NCBI GenBank assembly: GCA_963720465.1
Contig: OY970393.1
Span: forward strand, 1,312,001 to 1,376,000
DNA: 64,000 nucleotides
From: Methanobacteriota archaeon
GTDB lineage: Archaea > Halobacteriota > Bog-38 > Methanoflorentales > Methanoflorentaceae
Direction of reading: 5' to 3'
Below are positions 10,680-20,598 of this stretch, piece by piece (position 1 is the first letter of the stretch; the number at the start of each line of letters is the position of its first letter). Under the pieces are notes generated by a model that was not told the DNA's origin, searched no databases, and saw only the letters and a list, made by a program, of their open reading frames with translations. The position numbers and the translations under genes were made by a program.

Positions 10680-10911
10680 CGGCGTGCTTCACTGGCCCCG
10701 GTTCTCAGTGCACTGCGTCACTGTGCCCCACAATGATCAACGAGCACTGAGGCGGAGTTTCACGAATCCGCCGCCGCTTAATTTCTCTATTTGACAGTCT
10801 GCAGCTGACGGGCTGTTCGTTGCTTGGCCTCGCGACTAGCTGGCGTATGCGTGCGCAAACTCTTATACTCTCGCGGAGAATTAGGAGGCTAGAAGGCTAC
10901 GGTGGCCGCCA

Positions 10912-11479
10912 TATGATCCAACCCAAGCGCATCTGCGGTATCGGAGCGATTGCGTTTCTGATTTTGCTGCCCATGGCGCTTGCAACTCACGTTCTACCGA
11001 GTCCTGGCGCTTCGCTCGCGCAGGTGAATGCGACGCACGATCAAGGCCTGTCCCAAGCGTGGTTTCTTGGACGGAACACTGGCGAAGCACACAGCTCGGT
11101 GATGGTATGCGCGCTCGCGATAGATCCTACAATTGCTCAAAGCAACATACCTAATGTTTTAGTCCCCTCGACGATTCCGTCTGCCGAACCGTCACTTCCT
11201 ACAGTTAGCCCCACGCCTCAAACGCCCACGGTCTCAACGAACAGCACTAACGGCACGGCAGCGACCAGCGCCGGGAATGGTGGTGGCCTCACCAAGGTTA
11301 TCAGCAGTATTTCGCCCTACCTCATCATCGCACTTATTCCGCTTCTTTTTATCATCGGAGCCTTATTTTATTTCTTTTTCATGGGCGATCAAGATCGCGG
11401 AATTCCAAGCGACGAAAAAGAGGCAGACGTTCAATTCACCGATGCACGCGAAGATACGGGGTGGAGAGAGCTCAAGTAA
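10912..11479 (+). CDS. Hypothetical single-pass membrane/surface protein with Pro/Thr/Ser linker
   Basis: N-terminal hydrophobic segment, PST-rich stretch, C-terminal TM helix and acidic tail. Confidence 0.6.
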
Positions 11480-11748
11480 GCCTACGTTTGATACGTTCAC
11501 GGTTGCCCAGACAGGTAGAGCTGCAGCGTTCATAATGCTACCGAGAGTCCGCTGCTGCATACCAAGAGGAGGCAATCGACCGCCCTTTCGGACGCCACAA
11601 GAAGCTGCGTAGACGCTAATCAACGCTTATTTCTCCTTCTAAACAGGCAATTGATAAAACGTTATATATTGTGCGAGTCATCAGAGGGGTGTGGAATGAA
11701 GCTTGCACGACGCGCACAAAAACAGCGCTGGACGTGGGAGTGAACGCG

Positions 11749-12012
11749 ATGCCGGACAAACAGGATATCATAACGAAGAGCGTCGATATTCTCGCCCGTA
11801 TCGTTGGGGATGATTCGGTGCCGAGAAATATCCGCCGCGCTGCAGATGAGGCCAAAACGAGGCTGCTCGATCGAGCGGAGGCCGAAGCTGTCCGCGCAGC
11901 GTACGCGATTTCGATACTCGATGACATAAGCAATGATCCGAACATGCCCCTCCACACGCGAACACTTATTTGGAACGTAGCAAGTCAGCTTGAGAAGGTT
12001 TCGATGGAGTAA
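11749..12012 (+). CDS. UPF0147 family protein
   Basis: [32 protein letters not shown]. Confidence 0.9.
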   Translation: MPDKQDIITKSVDILARIVGDDSVPRNIRRAADEAKTRLLDRAEAEAVRAAYAISILDDISNDPNMPLHTRTLIWNVASQLEKVSME

Positions 12013-12325
12013 GGGATAGCTCAATGACCCAAAGTTGAGGGGTGCGCCGCGTTGAACTCATTCTCGAATAGTCACTTTTTTAGGTAGATCCGCAATCCTA
12101 GTCTGTGCGATCGTTAGAGCGCCTCACGGAACAACGTTCATGAAACACGGGTCGTCGCATTTGCTCGTCGCAAATAATAAAACGACTTGTAAGCATTTTT
12201 TCTGATTCAGAGCGCGATATGAGATGCGAAGCTATGCGGTGCCCACGTCGAAGAGGAATAATAATATAACATAACGTACGAGTAATTTTGGGCTTCTCGG
12301 AGCGTAAGTAACGTACGGTGACCTC

Positions 12326-12637
12326 ATGGACGTTGACGAACAGGCCAAGAAGATAAAGGACTGGGCCAAAAAGCATGCAGAGAGACGAGGAATGCAACTC
12401 AATCCTGACGAAGAGCGAGTTGATGAGGTCACAAAGGGTCTCGCTGCCAGGCAGGAGAAGTTCGGAAAGCGTTACTGCCCGTGTCGTATTATTACGGGAG
12501 ACACCGAGGAGGATCGAAAGATAATCTGTCCCTGCATTTACCACGAAGAAGAACTCAAAGAACACGGCATGTGTCATTGCAAGCTTTTTAGTACAAAAGA
12601 AACAGTAGAGGGAGTCAGCGGTGAAGTCAAAGGTTAG
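12326..12637 (+). CDS. Ferredoxin:thioredoxin reductase catalytic subunit
   Basis: YCPCR, ICPC and GMCHCKLF: the complete CPC-CPC-CHC signature. Confidence 0.92.
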   Translation: MDVDEQAKKIKDWAKKHAERRGMQLNPDEERVDEVTKGLAARQEKFGKRYCPCRIITGDTEEDRKIICPCIYHEEELKEHGMCHCKLFSTKETVEGVSGEVKG

Positions 12638-13061
12638 AATACGATATATCGCACTTATTGCTGCGCTTTGCTTGCTCAGCGTCACAATGAGCGGGTGCCT
12701 CAATATCAATCAGTCGGGCTACGAGTTTAAAAGCGGAATAACACCTCCTGTAGTGGTTAGCAACTTGATGCAGAACCGAACGGTCATCCTGTTCATCACG
12801 CAGAACAACTGCCCTGATTGTGAGCAGACACGACCGCTGATAGCGGGTCTTCAGTCGCAATACAATGGCACGAATGTGACGTTTGTAAACTTCAACGTCG
12901 ACGACAACAGCACGTCACAGAACGTCGCCAAAGCGTATGGCGTGACCGCGACCCCGACAACCGTTGTGTTACGCAAGGACGGGTCCGCCGCGATCTTCGT
13001 GGGTGTGTTCGACCCGAGCACGGTGAAGAGCGCCATTGACGACGCACGCAGCACGTACTAA
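12621..13061 (+). CDS. Extracytoplasmic (lipoprotein) thioredoxin
   Basis: Signal peptide ending MSGC, CPDC active site, YGVTATPT cis-Pro loop. Confidence 0.85.
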   Translation: MKSKVRIRYIALIAALCLLSVTMSGCLNINQSGYEFKSGITPPVVVSNLMQNRTVILFITQNNCPDCEQTRPLIAGLQSQYNGTNVTFVNFNVDDNSTSQNVAKAYGVTATPTTVVLRKDGSAAIFVGVFDPSTVKSAIDDARSTY

Positions 13062-13073
13062 GGACGCGCGCAC

Positions 13074-13736
13074 ATGGAAGTAAACCCACTGATCGCATTC
13101 GGAGCAGGGCTGATCAGCATTTTTTCTCCCTGCGTGTTACCCTTGCTACCGGCCATCGTCGCCTCATCAACGGATCGCGGCAGATACCGACCGCTCGCCA
13201 TTATCCTGGGCCTAAGCATATCCTTTATTAGCATGGGACTCGTCGCATCAGCTTTTGGAGCCGTATTCACAGAGTACAGCAACTATATCTTCACTGCAGC
13301 AATATTCTTCATCATCGCAATGGGGTTCTGGATGCTCTTCGATCTCCATATACCCTACAGTGCGCCGCGGCTAGGCCTCATCGATCGGGTCTCAAAGAAA
13401 ACGTATGACATTCCGACCGAGGGCATCGCGAGCGGGCTGCTGTTGGGACTCGCACTCGGCATTGTCTGGCTCCCGTGCACGGGGCCGGTGCTCGGCACAA
13501 TCCTCACGTGGGTCGCCGCGAAGGGCGACGTCATTACCGGCGGCCTGCTGCTCGGCGTTTACTCGCTCGGCTTCGCCGTTCCCATGCTGGGGATCGCGTA
13601 CTCGACAAAGATGTCGTCGTCACTCGTCGGCAAATCGTCCAAGACTATCTGGATTAAGCGCTTCGCGGGCTTGGTGCTCATCGTGGTAGGCGTCTATCTA
13701 GTCTGGCCGTACCTCGCAACGCTTACTCAGTTTTGA
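13074..13736 (+). CDS. ccdA: Cytochrome c biogenesis / DsbD-family disulfide transporter CcdA
   Basis: AGLISIFSPCVLPLLP, WLPCTGPVLG, YSLGFAVP. Confidence 0.93.
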   Translation: MEVNPLIAFGAGLISIFSPCVLPLLPAIVASSTDRGRYRPLAIILGLSISFISMGLVASAFGAVFTEYSNYIFTAAIFFIIAMGFWMLFDLHIPYSAPRLGLIDRVSKKTYDIPTEGIASGLLLGLALGIVWLPCTGPVLGTILTWVAAKGDVITGGLLLGVYSLGFAVPMLGIAYSTKMSSSLVGKSSKTIWIKRFAGLVLIVVGVYLVWPYLATLTQF

Positions 13737-14320
13737 AGCGTTTTTTGTGAACGAGGCCACCGTAGCATGCATCACATTGTGCAAGAAAAGAGATAGCGCG
13801 GTCTACGTTTGCGATTAAGATAGATGCACCGATAGTCGCCAAAAAAAGCGAGAACTTGTCAATTTGTGATCGTACGTCGATGAGCGTATTGACGGAAAAA
13901 AGCAGCCTGCGCGGGGCCTAACCCAAGATCTTCTGCGGCAGAGACAGGACGCCGCACTTCTGCATTGATACGGCCTGCGCGTGCTGCCCCCGAAATTCAA
14001 TGGCTGGTCTTTGATTCCAGAAGGCTGCCGCGTGTTAATAGATACCTTCGCGCCGGAAAGCGATGTCCTCGCGCGTGGCGTGACCGCAGCCGATTCGTTA
14101 ATCTGCGACGTGGACGAGGTTCTCGCTTCTGGTCCTGGGACGACTGTGGGGGAGAGCTGCAATGTCCGGGGACGAGATGATGAGATCTCGGCACGGAGTG
14201 GCCGTCCTGGTGCGTAAGATAAAAAGGCTATAGGTTCAACTAGTAGGATACATTGCAGAATATCCATGGGGTGAAAAGGTTGCTCCGTATCGAAAACGCC
14301 GGACAGAAAGGGGGGGAATT

Positions 14321-15493
14321 ATGAACACCCCTACCGTTGCACAGAAAACAAAGGGTATCGTGATCGCCGTTGTAAAGGAACAGGCCCTGCATGAGCAGCG
14401 CGTTGCGACTGTGCCCGAGGTGGTCCGAAAACTCACGAAGTCGGGGTACGAGGTCCGGGTCGAGCATGATGCGGGAGCGGGAGCTTTCTACCCGGACGAC
14501 CTCTATGTTGCCGCCGGTGCGAAGATCGCGCCCGGTCGGGCCGAACTGCTAGACGGTGCAGCAATCGTGTTGTGCGTACAGCCCCCCGCCATAGCCGATG
14601 TTGAGATGCTCGCAGCGAGCACGATCGTCATCGGGTTCATGAATGCGGCAAACAACCTTTCAACCGTTGCACGGATGCGTGACCGCGAGGTCACCGCCTT
14701 TGCCCTCGAGCTTGTCCCGCGGATCACCCGCGCCCAGAGCATGGACGCACTCAGTTCTCAGGCAACGGCCGCCGGCTACGCAGCAGCGATTCTCGGCGCA
14801 TACAACTGCCCTAAGTTCCTCCCGATGCTGACAACGGCTGCGGGCACGATCCGGCCAGCAACAGTGCTCATCCTTGGGGCAGGCGTTGCGGGCCTCACAG
14901 CGATTGCCACAGCCAAGCGCCTTGGCGCCATGGTCGAGGCATACGATGTCCGGCGTGCCGCGGGCGAACAGGTCCGGAGCCTCGGCGCGAAATTCCTCGA
15001 GCTTGAAATCAATGCGGAAAGCGAGGGCGGCTATGCCCGCGAGCTCACGCCGGAAGAGAAGGTAAAGGAACAGCAGATGGTCTCCGCCGCGGTGGCGAGG
15101 GCTGACATCGTTATCACGACTGCCAGCATCCCCAGCCGGAAGGCGCCGGTCCTGATAACGAAAGAGACCGTCGCAACGATGCATCCGGGCGCCGTCATCG
15201 TCGACCTTGCTGCTGAATCGGGCGGCAACTGCGAGCTGACACAATGTGGAAAGACGGTAAAGGAGCACGGTGTCACTATTGTGGGCCCGCAGAACCTCCC
15301 GGCCCGGGTCGCGTTTCACGCAAGCCAGATGTACGCAAGGAACCTCCAGTCGTTCCTCTCGCTCCTTGTTAATGATGCCGGGGCGCTCACCCGTGAGTTC
15401 ACTGACGAGATCCTGGCAGCAAGCCTCCTTGTGAGCGCAGGCGAAGTGCGGCATCAACCAACGCTTGACCTCATCAGCGGAGGGGGGCTGTGA
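14321..15493 (+). CDS. pntA: NAD(P) transhydrogenase alpha subunit part 1 (dI)
   Basis: EQRVATVPE, PRITRAQSMDALSSQA, MLTTAAGT, GAGVAGL, GGYAREL, DLAAESGGNC. Confidence 0.95.
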   Translation: MNTPTVAQKTKGIVIAVVKEQALHEQRVATVPEVVRKLTKSGYEVRVEHDAGAGAFYPDDLYVAAGAKIAPGRAELLDGAAIVLCVQPPAIADVEMLAASTIVIGFMNAANNLSTVARMRDREVTAFALELVPRITRAQSMDALSSQATAAGYAAAILGAYNCPKFLPMLTTAAGTIRPATVLILGAGVAGLTAIATAKRLGAMVEAYDVRRAAGEQVRSLGAKFLELEINAESEGGYARELTPEEKVKEQQMVSAAVARADIVITTASIPSRKAPVLITKETVATMHPGAVIVDLAAESGGNCELTQCGKTVKEHGVTIVGPQNLPARVAFHASQMYARNLQSFLSLLVNDAGALTREFTDEILAASLLVSAGEVRHQPTLDLISGGGL

Positions 15494-15801
15494 CCGAGAT
15501 CACTGCGTTCTGGATCGCTATCTACATCGCAATGCTGGCAGCGTTCACCGGCTACGTTACCATCAGCCGTGTCCCCGCCATCCTACACACACCTCTGATG
15601 AGCGGCTCGAACTTCATCCACGGGATCGTGCTCGTTGGGGCGATGGTAGCGCTCGGCCTTGCCAATACGCCTGCAGAGCAGGTGATCGGGTTCATGGCAG
15701 TTGTTCTCGGGGCAGCGAACGTGACTGGCGGTTATGTCGTCACGGAACGGATCCTCCAGATGTTCGACCGTAGCAGAAAGAAGCCGGGCAAGGGGGCGTG
15801 A
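15490..15801 (+). CDS. NAD(P) transhydrogenase alpha subunit part 2 (membrane)
   Basis: VPAILHTPLMSGSNFIHG, NVTGGYVVTERILQMF. Confidence 0.95.
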   Translation: MTEITAFWIAIYIAMLAAFTGYVTISRVPAILHTPLMSGSNFIHGIVLVGAMVALGLANTPAEQVIGFMAVVLGAANVTGGYVVTERILQMFDRSRKKPGKGA

Positions 15802-15802
15802 C

Positions 15803-17185
15803 GTGGCTGACTTCTCCTTTGCCATCGAACCGGTATACATTGCGACGATCTTCTTCTTCATCGTCGGGTTGCAGCGGATGAGCCACCCGCTCACGGCTCG
15901 GAGCGGGATCGTCTGGGCCGGCGGCGCGATGCTGATCGCAACGCTCGTTACGTTCTTTACCCCGAATCTCACCAACATCGACCTGATCGCGATCGCGATC
16001 GTGATCGGTGGCGGCTTCGGCTATATAGGGGCCAAGCGCGTTGCGATGACCAACATGCCCCAGATGGTTGCACTCTTCAACGGGATGGGGGGCGGCGCGG
16101 CAGCCGGGATCTCGGCAGTCGCCCTCCTTGGCCCGCCCACTCCCACCAGCTCGCTTGCGGTCGTTGGCGGCCTGATCGGGGCTGTCTCGTTTTCAGGCAG
16201 CCTCATCGCGTTCCTGAAACTGCAGGGCTGGATGCCATCGCGGCCGGTTACCTTCACGGGCCAGCAGGTCGTCAATATGGCAGTCCTTGTCCTCGCCATC
16301 GTTTCCGGTGTGTTCGTCATCTTGCAGCCCTCATCGATGCCGCTTTCCGTAAACGCGTCCCTTCCGCTCTTCTTTATTCTCGCTCTCGGCTTCGGGCTCC
16401 TCATGACGCTCCCGATTGGCGGGGCCGACATGCCCGTAGTGATCTCGATGTACAACGCCTTCACCGGCCTGGCCGTTGCGCTTGACGGCTTCTCCTTTGT
16501 CACCCCCAACTATGCGATGATCATCGCGGGCGTTATTGTCGGCGCTGCGGGTTCGCTGCTCACGCTCAAGATGGCTAAGGCAATGAACCGCTCACTCACA
16601 AACGTCTTCTTCGGAGCCTTCGGCGCAACGGAGGAGCAGGCGGCACAGGTATCGGGCAGCGTGAAAGCGATCGAGGCCGACGACGTTGCAGTCCTGCTCG
16701 CCTACGCGGACCGGGTTATCATCGTCCCCGGCTACGGCATGGCAGTCGCCCAAGCCCAGCAGAAAGTGAAGGAGCTGACCGACCTGCTCGAGCGTAGGGG
16801 CGTACGGGTGAAGTTCGCGATCCACCCGGTTGCCGGGCGCATGCCCGGGCATATGAACGTCCTGCTTGCCGAGGCAGGGGTTGCCTACGACCACCTGTTC
16901 GACCGCGACGAGGTGAACCCTGAGTTCCCCAGCACTGACGTCGTCCTTGTCATCGGAGCCAACGATGTCGTGAACCCGGCGGCGCACCGGGAGGGCAGCC
17001 CGCTCTTCGGCATGCCAATCCTTGATGTCGAACAGGCAAAGAATGTGATCGTCCTAAAGCGCGGACAGGGAAAGGGCTTTGCGGGGATCGAGAACGACCT
17101 GTTCTACCGGGACAACACGCGGATGCTCTACGGCGACGCGCAGGAGACGGTCGGCATGCTTGTGCAGGCCCTCAAGAAACTTTGA
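15803..17185 (+). CDS. pntB: NAD(P) transhydrogenase beta subunit
   Basis: MPQMVALFNGMGG, PIGGADMPVVIS, PGYGMAVAQAQ, IHPVAGRMPGHMNVLLAEA, GANDVVNPAA. Start placed at GTG 15803. Confidence 0.95.
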   Translation: MADFSFAIEPVYIATIFFFIVGLQRMSHPLTARSGIVWAGGAMLIATLVTFFTPNLTNIDLIAIAIVIGGGFGYIGAKRVAMTNMPQMVALFNGMGGGAAAGISAVALLGPPTPTSSLAVVGGLIGAVSFSGSLIAFLKLQGWMPSRPVTFTGQQVVNMAVLVLAIVSGVFVILQPSSMPLSVNASLPLFFILALGFGLLMTLPIGGADMPVVISMYNAFTGLAVALDGFSFVTPNYAMIIAGVIVGAAGSLLTLKMAKAMNRSLTNVFFGAFGATEEQAAQVSGSVKAIEADDVAVLLAYADRVIIVPGYGMAVAQAQQKVKELTDLLERRGVRVKFAIHPVAGRMPGHMNVLLAEAGVAYDHLFDRDEVNPEFPSTDVVLVIGANDVVNPAAHREGSPLFGMPILDVEQAKNVIVLKRGQGKGFAGIENDLFYRDNTRMLYGDAQETVGMLVQALKKL

Positions 17186-17189
17186 ATCC

Positions 17190-17488
17190 CACGGGGATCT
17201 GCGAGACCGATCATACGGCCCCGTCGAGGTCAACGGGAGCAAGTTGTACTCGACGCAGCGTTTATCGATGTGATCCTTCAAAACCCCCCAACATTCTTCC
17301 TCCTCTAACGTGCGGCAACCATCGGGGAACAGATGTAATACCCTTATTGATGATGACTGTCTCACGTGATTGCAACACGTCGTTGCCAGCGAAGATATTG
17401 CTACAAAGCGGCAACCGTAATTAGCGCGATGGGTGCCGGAAAGCGCGCTGCGCGCGCGATAGAGATATTCCTAAAGCAGGATCCGTGA
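17190..17488 (+). pseudogene. Decayed C-terminal fragment of an NfnB/SudA/GltD-family FAD oxidoreductase
   Basis: Across frames: CETD, GPVEVNGS, VLDAAFIDVI, LIDDDCLT*LQHVVASEDIAT, then AATVISAMGAGKRAARAIEIFLKQDP* (17408-17488). Matches the GGDIxTGAATVIxAMGAGKxAAxAI terminus. Confidence 0.8.
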
Positions 17489-17626
17489 GGGTTATAACAG
17501 CCCAAAAAAAGACTGAAGGCAGTGCTTTCGAGATAAAGCGCCTGAACTGACTTACCTTGCAGAAAATATTTAATTAATCAACGGGATACTATCAACCATA
17601 AGTACATACGGAGTGTTTTTTTAAAA

Positions 17627-19561
17627 GTGTCACAAGCGGAAGAAGTTAGCACCGACACGGAAGCACCAGCAGTTGAGCACAAAGCGTCAGCTTTGCTTGG
17701 CGGCATGGACATAACTGTCACCGACGAGATCGCTGTCCCTCCAATGCTTGTCGACCAGGTGATTGGACAGGAACAAGCCGTTGAGGTGATCAAAAAGGCG
17801 GCCAAGCAGCGCAGGCACGTCATGCTGATCGGCTCTCCAGGCACGGGGAAGTCAATGCTCGCCCGGGCCATGGCAGAACTCCTCCCCAAAGAAGAGCTGC
17901 AGGACATCCTCGTATATCACAACCCGGAGGATGGCAACAGCCCTAAAGTGCGCGTCGTGCCGGCAGGGAAAGGGCGGCAAATCGTCGACTCGCACAAACG
18001 GGAAGCACAAAAGAAGATCCAGTTCAGGAATATGCTTTCGATGGTGATTGTTTTCGCAATCGTCGGTTATTCTTTTGCGATCAACCAACCGATAATGGGT
18101 ATCATCGCCGCTGCTATGCTTTTCATCGCGCTGCGCTACATTACGCCCCGTGAAGACGTGTTGATACCGAAGCTCCTCGTTATGAACGGTGGCAAAGAGA
18201 TCGCCCCCTATATCGACGGAACCGGAGCGCACGCGGGGGCGCTTTTGGGCGACGTGCGACACGATCCGTTTCAATCAGGAGGACTTGAGACGCCGGCGCA
18301 CGACCGGGTCGAGGCAGGAGCTATTCACAAGGCGAACAAAGGCGTTCTTTTCATCGACGAAATCAATACGCTCAGAATTGAATCGCAACAACAGCTCCTT
18401 ACGGCGCTACAAGAGGGGGAGTTTCCCATCACCGGCCAATCCGAGCGCTCGAGTGGCGCCATGGTAAAAACGACCCCGGTGCCGTGCAATTTCGTGATGA
18501 TCGCTGCCGGAAATCTCGACGCCGTGAAGGGCATGCACCCCGCTCTACGCTCGCGTATCCGCGGCTATGGCTACGAAGTGTACATGCGCGATTCTATGAC
18601 GGATACGCCAGAAAATCGTCGAAAAATAGTCCGGTTCGTGGCTCAAGAGGTGAAAAAGGACGAGAAGATTCCCCACTTCACTGCCGATGCTGTCGAAGAA
18701 ATAATCCGTGAGGCACGCCGACGATCAGGGAGGAAAGGGCATATCACCTTGATGCTGCGAGATCTCGGCGGCTTGATCCGCGTCGCGGGGGACGTCGCTC
18801 GGTCCGAAGCGTCTGAATACACGACCGCGAAACACGTTATCGCAGCCAAGAAGATGGCGCGGTCGGTCGAACAGCAGCTTACAGATCAATATCTCGAGCG
18901 CCGGCGCGACTATCAGATGTTTCGAAATACCGGCGCCGAGGTGGGCCGCGTAAACGGCCTCGCGGTGATGGGTGATGATTCGGGCGTCGTGCTGCCCATC
19001 GTGGCGGAAATCACCCCTGCGCAGTCAAAGGAGGAGGGCCGCGTAATCGCGACCGGCCTGCTTAAAGAGATCGCCCTTGAGGCAGTGCAAAACGTCTCGG
19101 CGCTCATCAAGAAGTTTTCAGGCGAAGACATCACCAACAAAGACGTGCACATCCAGTTCATCGGTACCTATGAGGGCGTCGAAGGGGACTCGGCCTCAAT
19201 TTCAATCGCCACCGCCGTGATCTCCGCGCTTGAAAACGTTCCGGTTGACCAATCCGTTGCGATGACCGGATCCCTTTCGGTCCGGGGAGAGGTTCTGCCC
19301 GTTGGAGGGGTCACGCCCAAGGTGGAAGCAGCTGCTAAGGCGGGCATCACGCGCATACTCATTCCGAAAGACAACGAAGGCGACGTCATGCTCGAGAAGC
19401 ACTACAAAGACACGGTGCAAATAATCCCCGTTAGCTCTATCGGCGAGGTTCTCGAAAACAGCCTGCTCGGCCGAAAGCGCGACGGCTTGCTCGAGCACCT
19501 CAAGAAATTTGCCATAAATTCACACGATCTGGCGGGCCTTCCGAGCGCGGTCCCGCAGTAA
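17627..19561 (+). CDS. lonB: Archaeal membrane-anchored Lon protease (LonB)
   Basis: DQVIGQE, GSPGTGKS, two TM helices inside the AAA domain, LFIDEI, VEGDSAS (Ser), PVGGVTPK (Lys). Confidence 0.96.
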   Translation: MSQAEEVSTDTEAPAVEHKASALLGGMDITVTDEIAVPPMLVDQVIGQEQAVEVIKKAAKQRRHVMLIGSPGTGKSMLARAMAELLPKEELQDILVYHNPEDGNSPKVRVVPAGKGRQIVDSHKREAQKKIQFRNMLSMVIVFAIVGYSFAINQPIMGIIAAAMLFIALRYITPREDVLIPKLLVMNGGKEIAPYIDGTGAHAGALLGDVRHDPFQSGGLETPAHDRVEAGAIHKANKGVLFIDEINTLRIESQQQLLTALQEGEFPITGQSERSSGAMVKTTPVPCNFVMIAAGNLDAVKGMHPALRSRIRGYGYEVYMRDSMTDTPENRRKIVRFVAQEVKKDEKIPHFTADAVEEIIREARRRSGRKGHITLMLRDLGGLIRVAGDVARSEASEYTTAKHVIAAKKMARSVEQQLTDQYLERRRDYQMFRNTGAEVGRVNGLAVMGDDSGVVLPIVAEITPAQSKEEGRVIATGLLKEIALEAVQNVSALIKKFSGEDITNKDVHIQFIGTYEGVEGDSASISIATAVISALENVPVDQSVAMTGSLSVRGEVLPVGGVTPKVEAAAKAGITRILIPKDNEGDVMLEKHYKDTVQIIPVSSIGEVLENSLLGRKRDGLLEHLKKFAINSHDLAGLPSAVPQ

Positions 19562-19609
19562 CTTTTTTTGCGCCCCATTTCACACCGACGGTGACTGAGA
19601 CCATATAGC

Positions 19610-20584
19610 ATGCGCGAAGAAAGATCGCCACAGTATCTCAGGGCGCGAACGATAGAGACAAACGCCGATCTAAGCGCTCCCACTGAGGAGCTGTGGCGCA
19701 TTCACGACTATTTTGCCACAGGCGAGCAAAAGGAAACCGCCGTCACAACCGCATCCCTCCTCGATCTGAAGATCGAAATAGCGCAGCGTATTTGTGGTGA
19801 CTGCCACTTCTGCGAACGCCGGTGCCACACCAACAGAGCAGAGAGACTTGGATTTTGCGGCGTCCAGCGATCGAAATATTCATCTGAATTCCTTCATTAT
19901 GGTGAGGAACGTGAGCTTGTGCCATCGCACACGATTTTTTTCACGGGCTGCACGTTTAAGTGCGCCTTCTGCCAAAACTGGGATATCGCCCGACATCCTG
20001 AGGCAGGTGCGATCGCTGATGCAGATGCGCTTGCACGGCGAATCTACGCACGATCAATCGCTGGAGCGCGCAACGTGAACTGGGTTGGGGGAGATCCCAC
20101 CCCGCATATCGGTACTATTCTGAAAACCATGCGTGCTCTCACCGACCTCGAACAAGAAACGGAGGTCGATGCACGATTCTTGAACGTGCCGATGGTCTTT
20201 AACTCCAACACCTACTACTCCACAGAAGCCGCCAAGCTTCTTGATGGCGTGATCGACGTCTATTTGAGCGATTTCAAATACGGCAACGACCGCTGCGCGA
20301 AACGGTACTCACACGTTGATAACTACGCAGAAACCGTTACGCGAAACCTGCTCGCATCGCAAGACAGGCTTATAATACGCCATCTCGTAATGCCTGGACA
20401 CGTTCAGTGCTGCACAGAGCCGATCGTCGCGTGGGTCCGCGAAGCCATGTGCGACGTCAAGTTCAACTTGATGTTCCAGTACACACCACATAACGTCACC
20501 GATTACCCTGAAATCAATCGCTTCGTCAGCGATGCAGAGCGGCGCGAAGCGACGAACATCGCAAAGGGCTTAAATCTCATCTGA
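19610..20584 (+). CDS. PflX-like radical SAM protein
   Basis: CHFCERRC..GFCG, HYGEERELVPS, FFTGCTFKCAFCQNWDI, WVGGDPTP, DFKYGND. Confidence 0.88.
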   Translation: MREERSPQYLRARTIETNADLSAPTEELWRIHDYFATGEQKETAVTTASLLDLKIEIAQRICGDCHFCERRCHTNRAERLGFCGVQRSKYSSEFLHYGEERELVPSHTIFFTGCTFKCAFCQNWDIARHPEAGAIADADALARRIYARSIAGARNVNWVGGDPTPHIGTILKTMRALTDLEQETEVDARFLNVPMVFNSNTYYSTEAAKLLDGVIDVYLSDFKYGNDRCAKRYSHVDNYAETVTRNLLASQDRLIIRHLVMPGHVQCCTEPIVAWVREAMCDVKFNLMFQYTPHNVTDYPEINRFVSDAERREATNIAKGLNLI

Positions 20585-20598
20585 CGTAATCTTTGACC

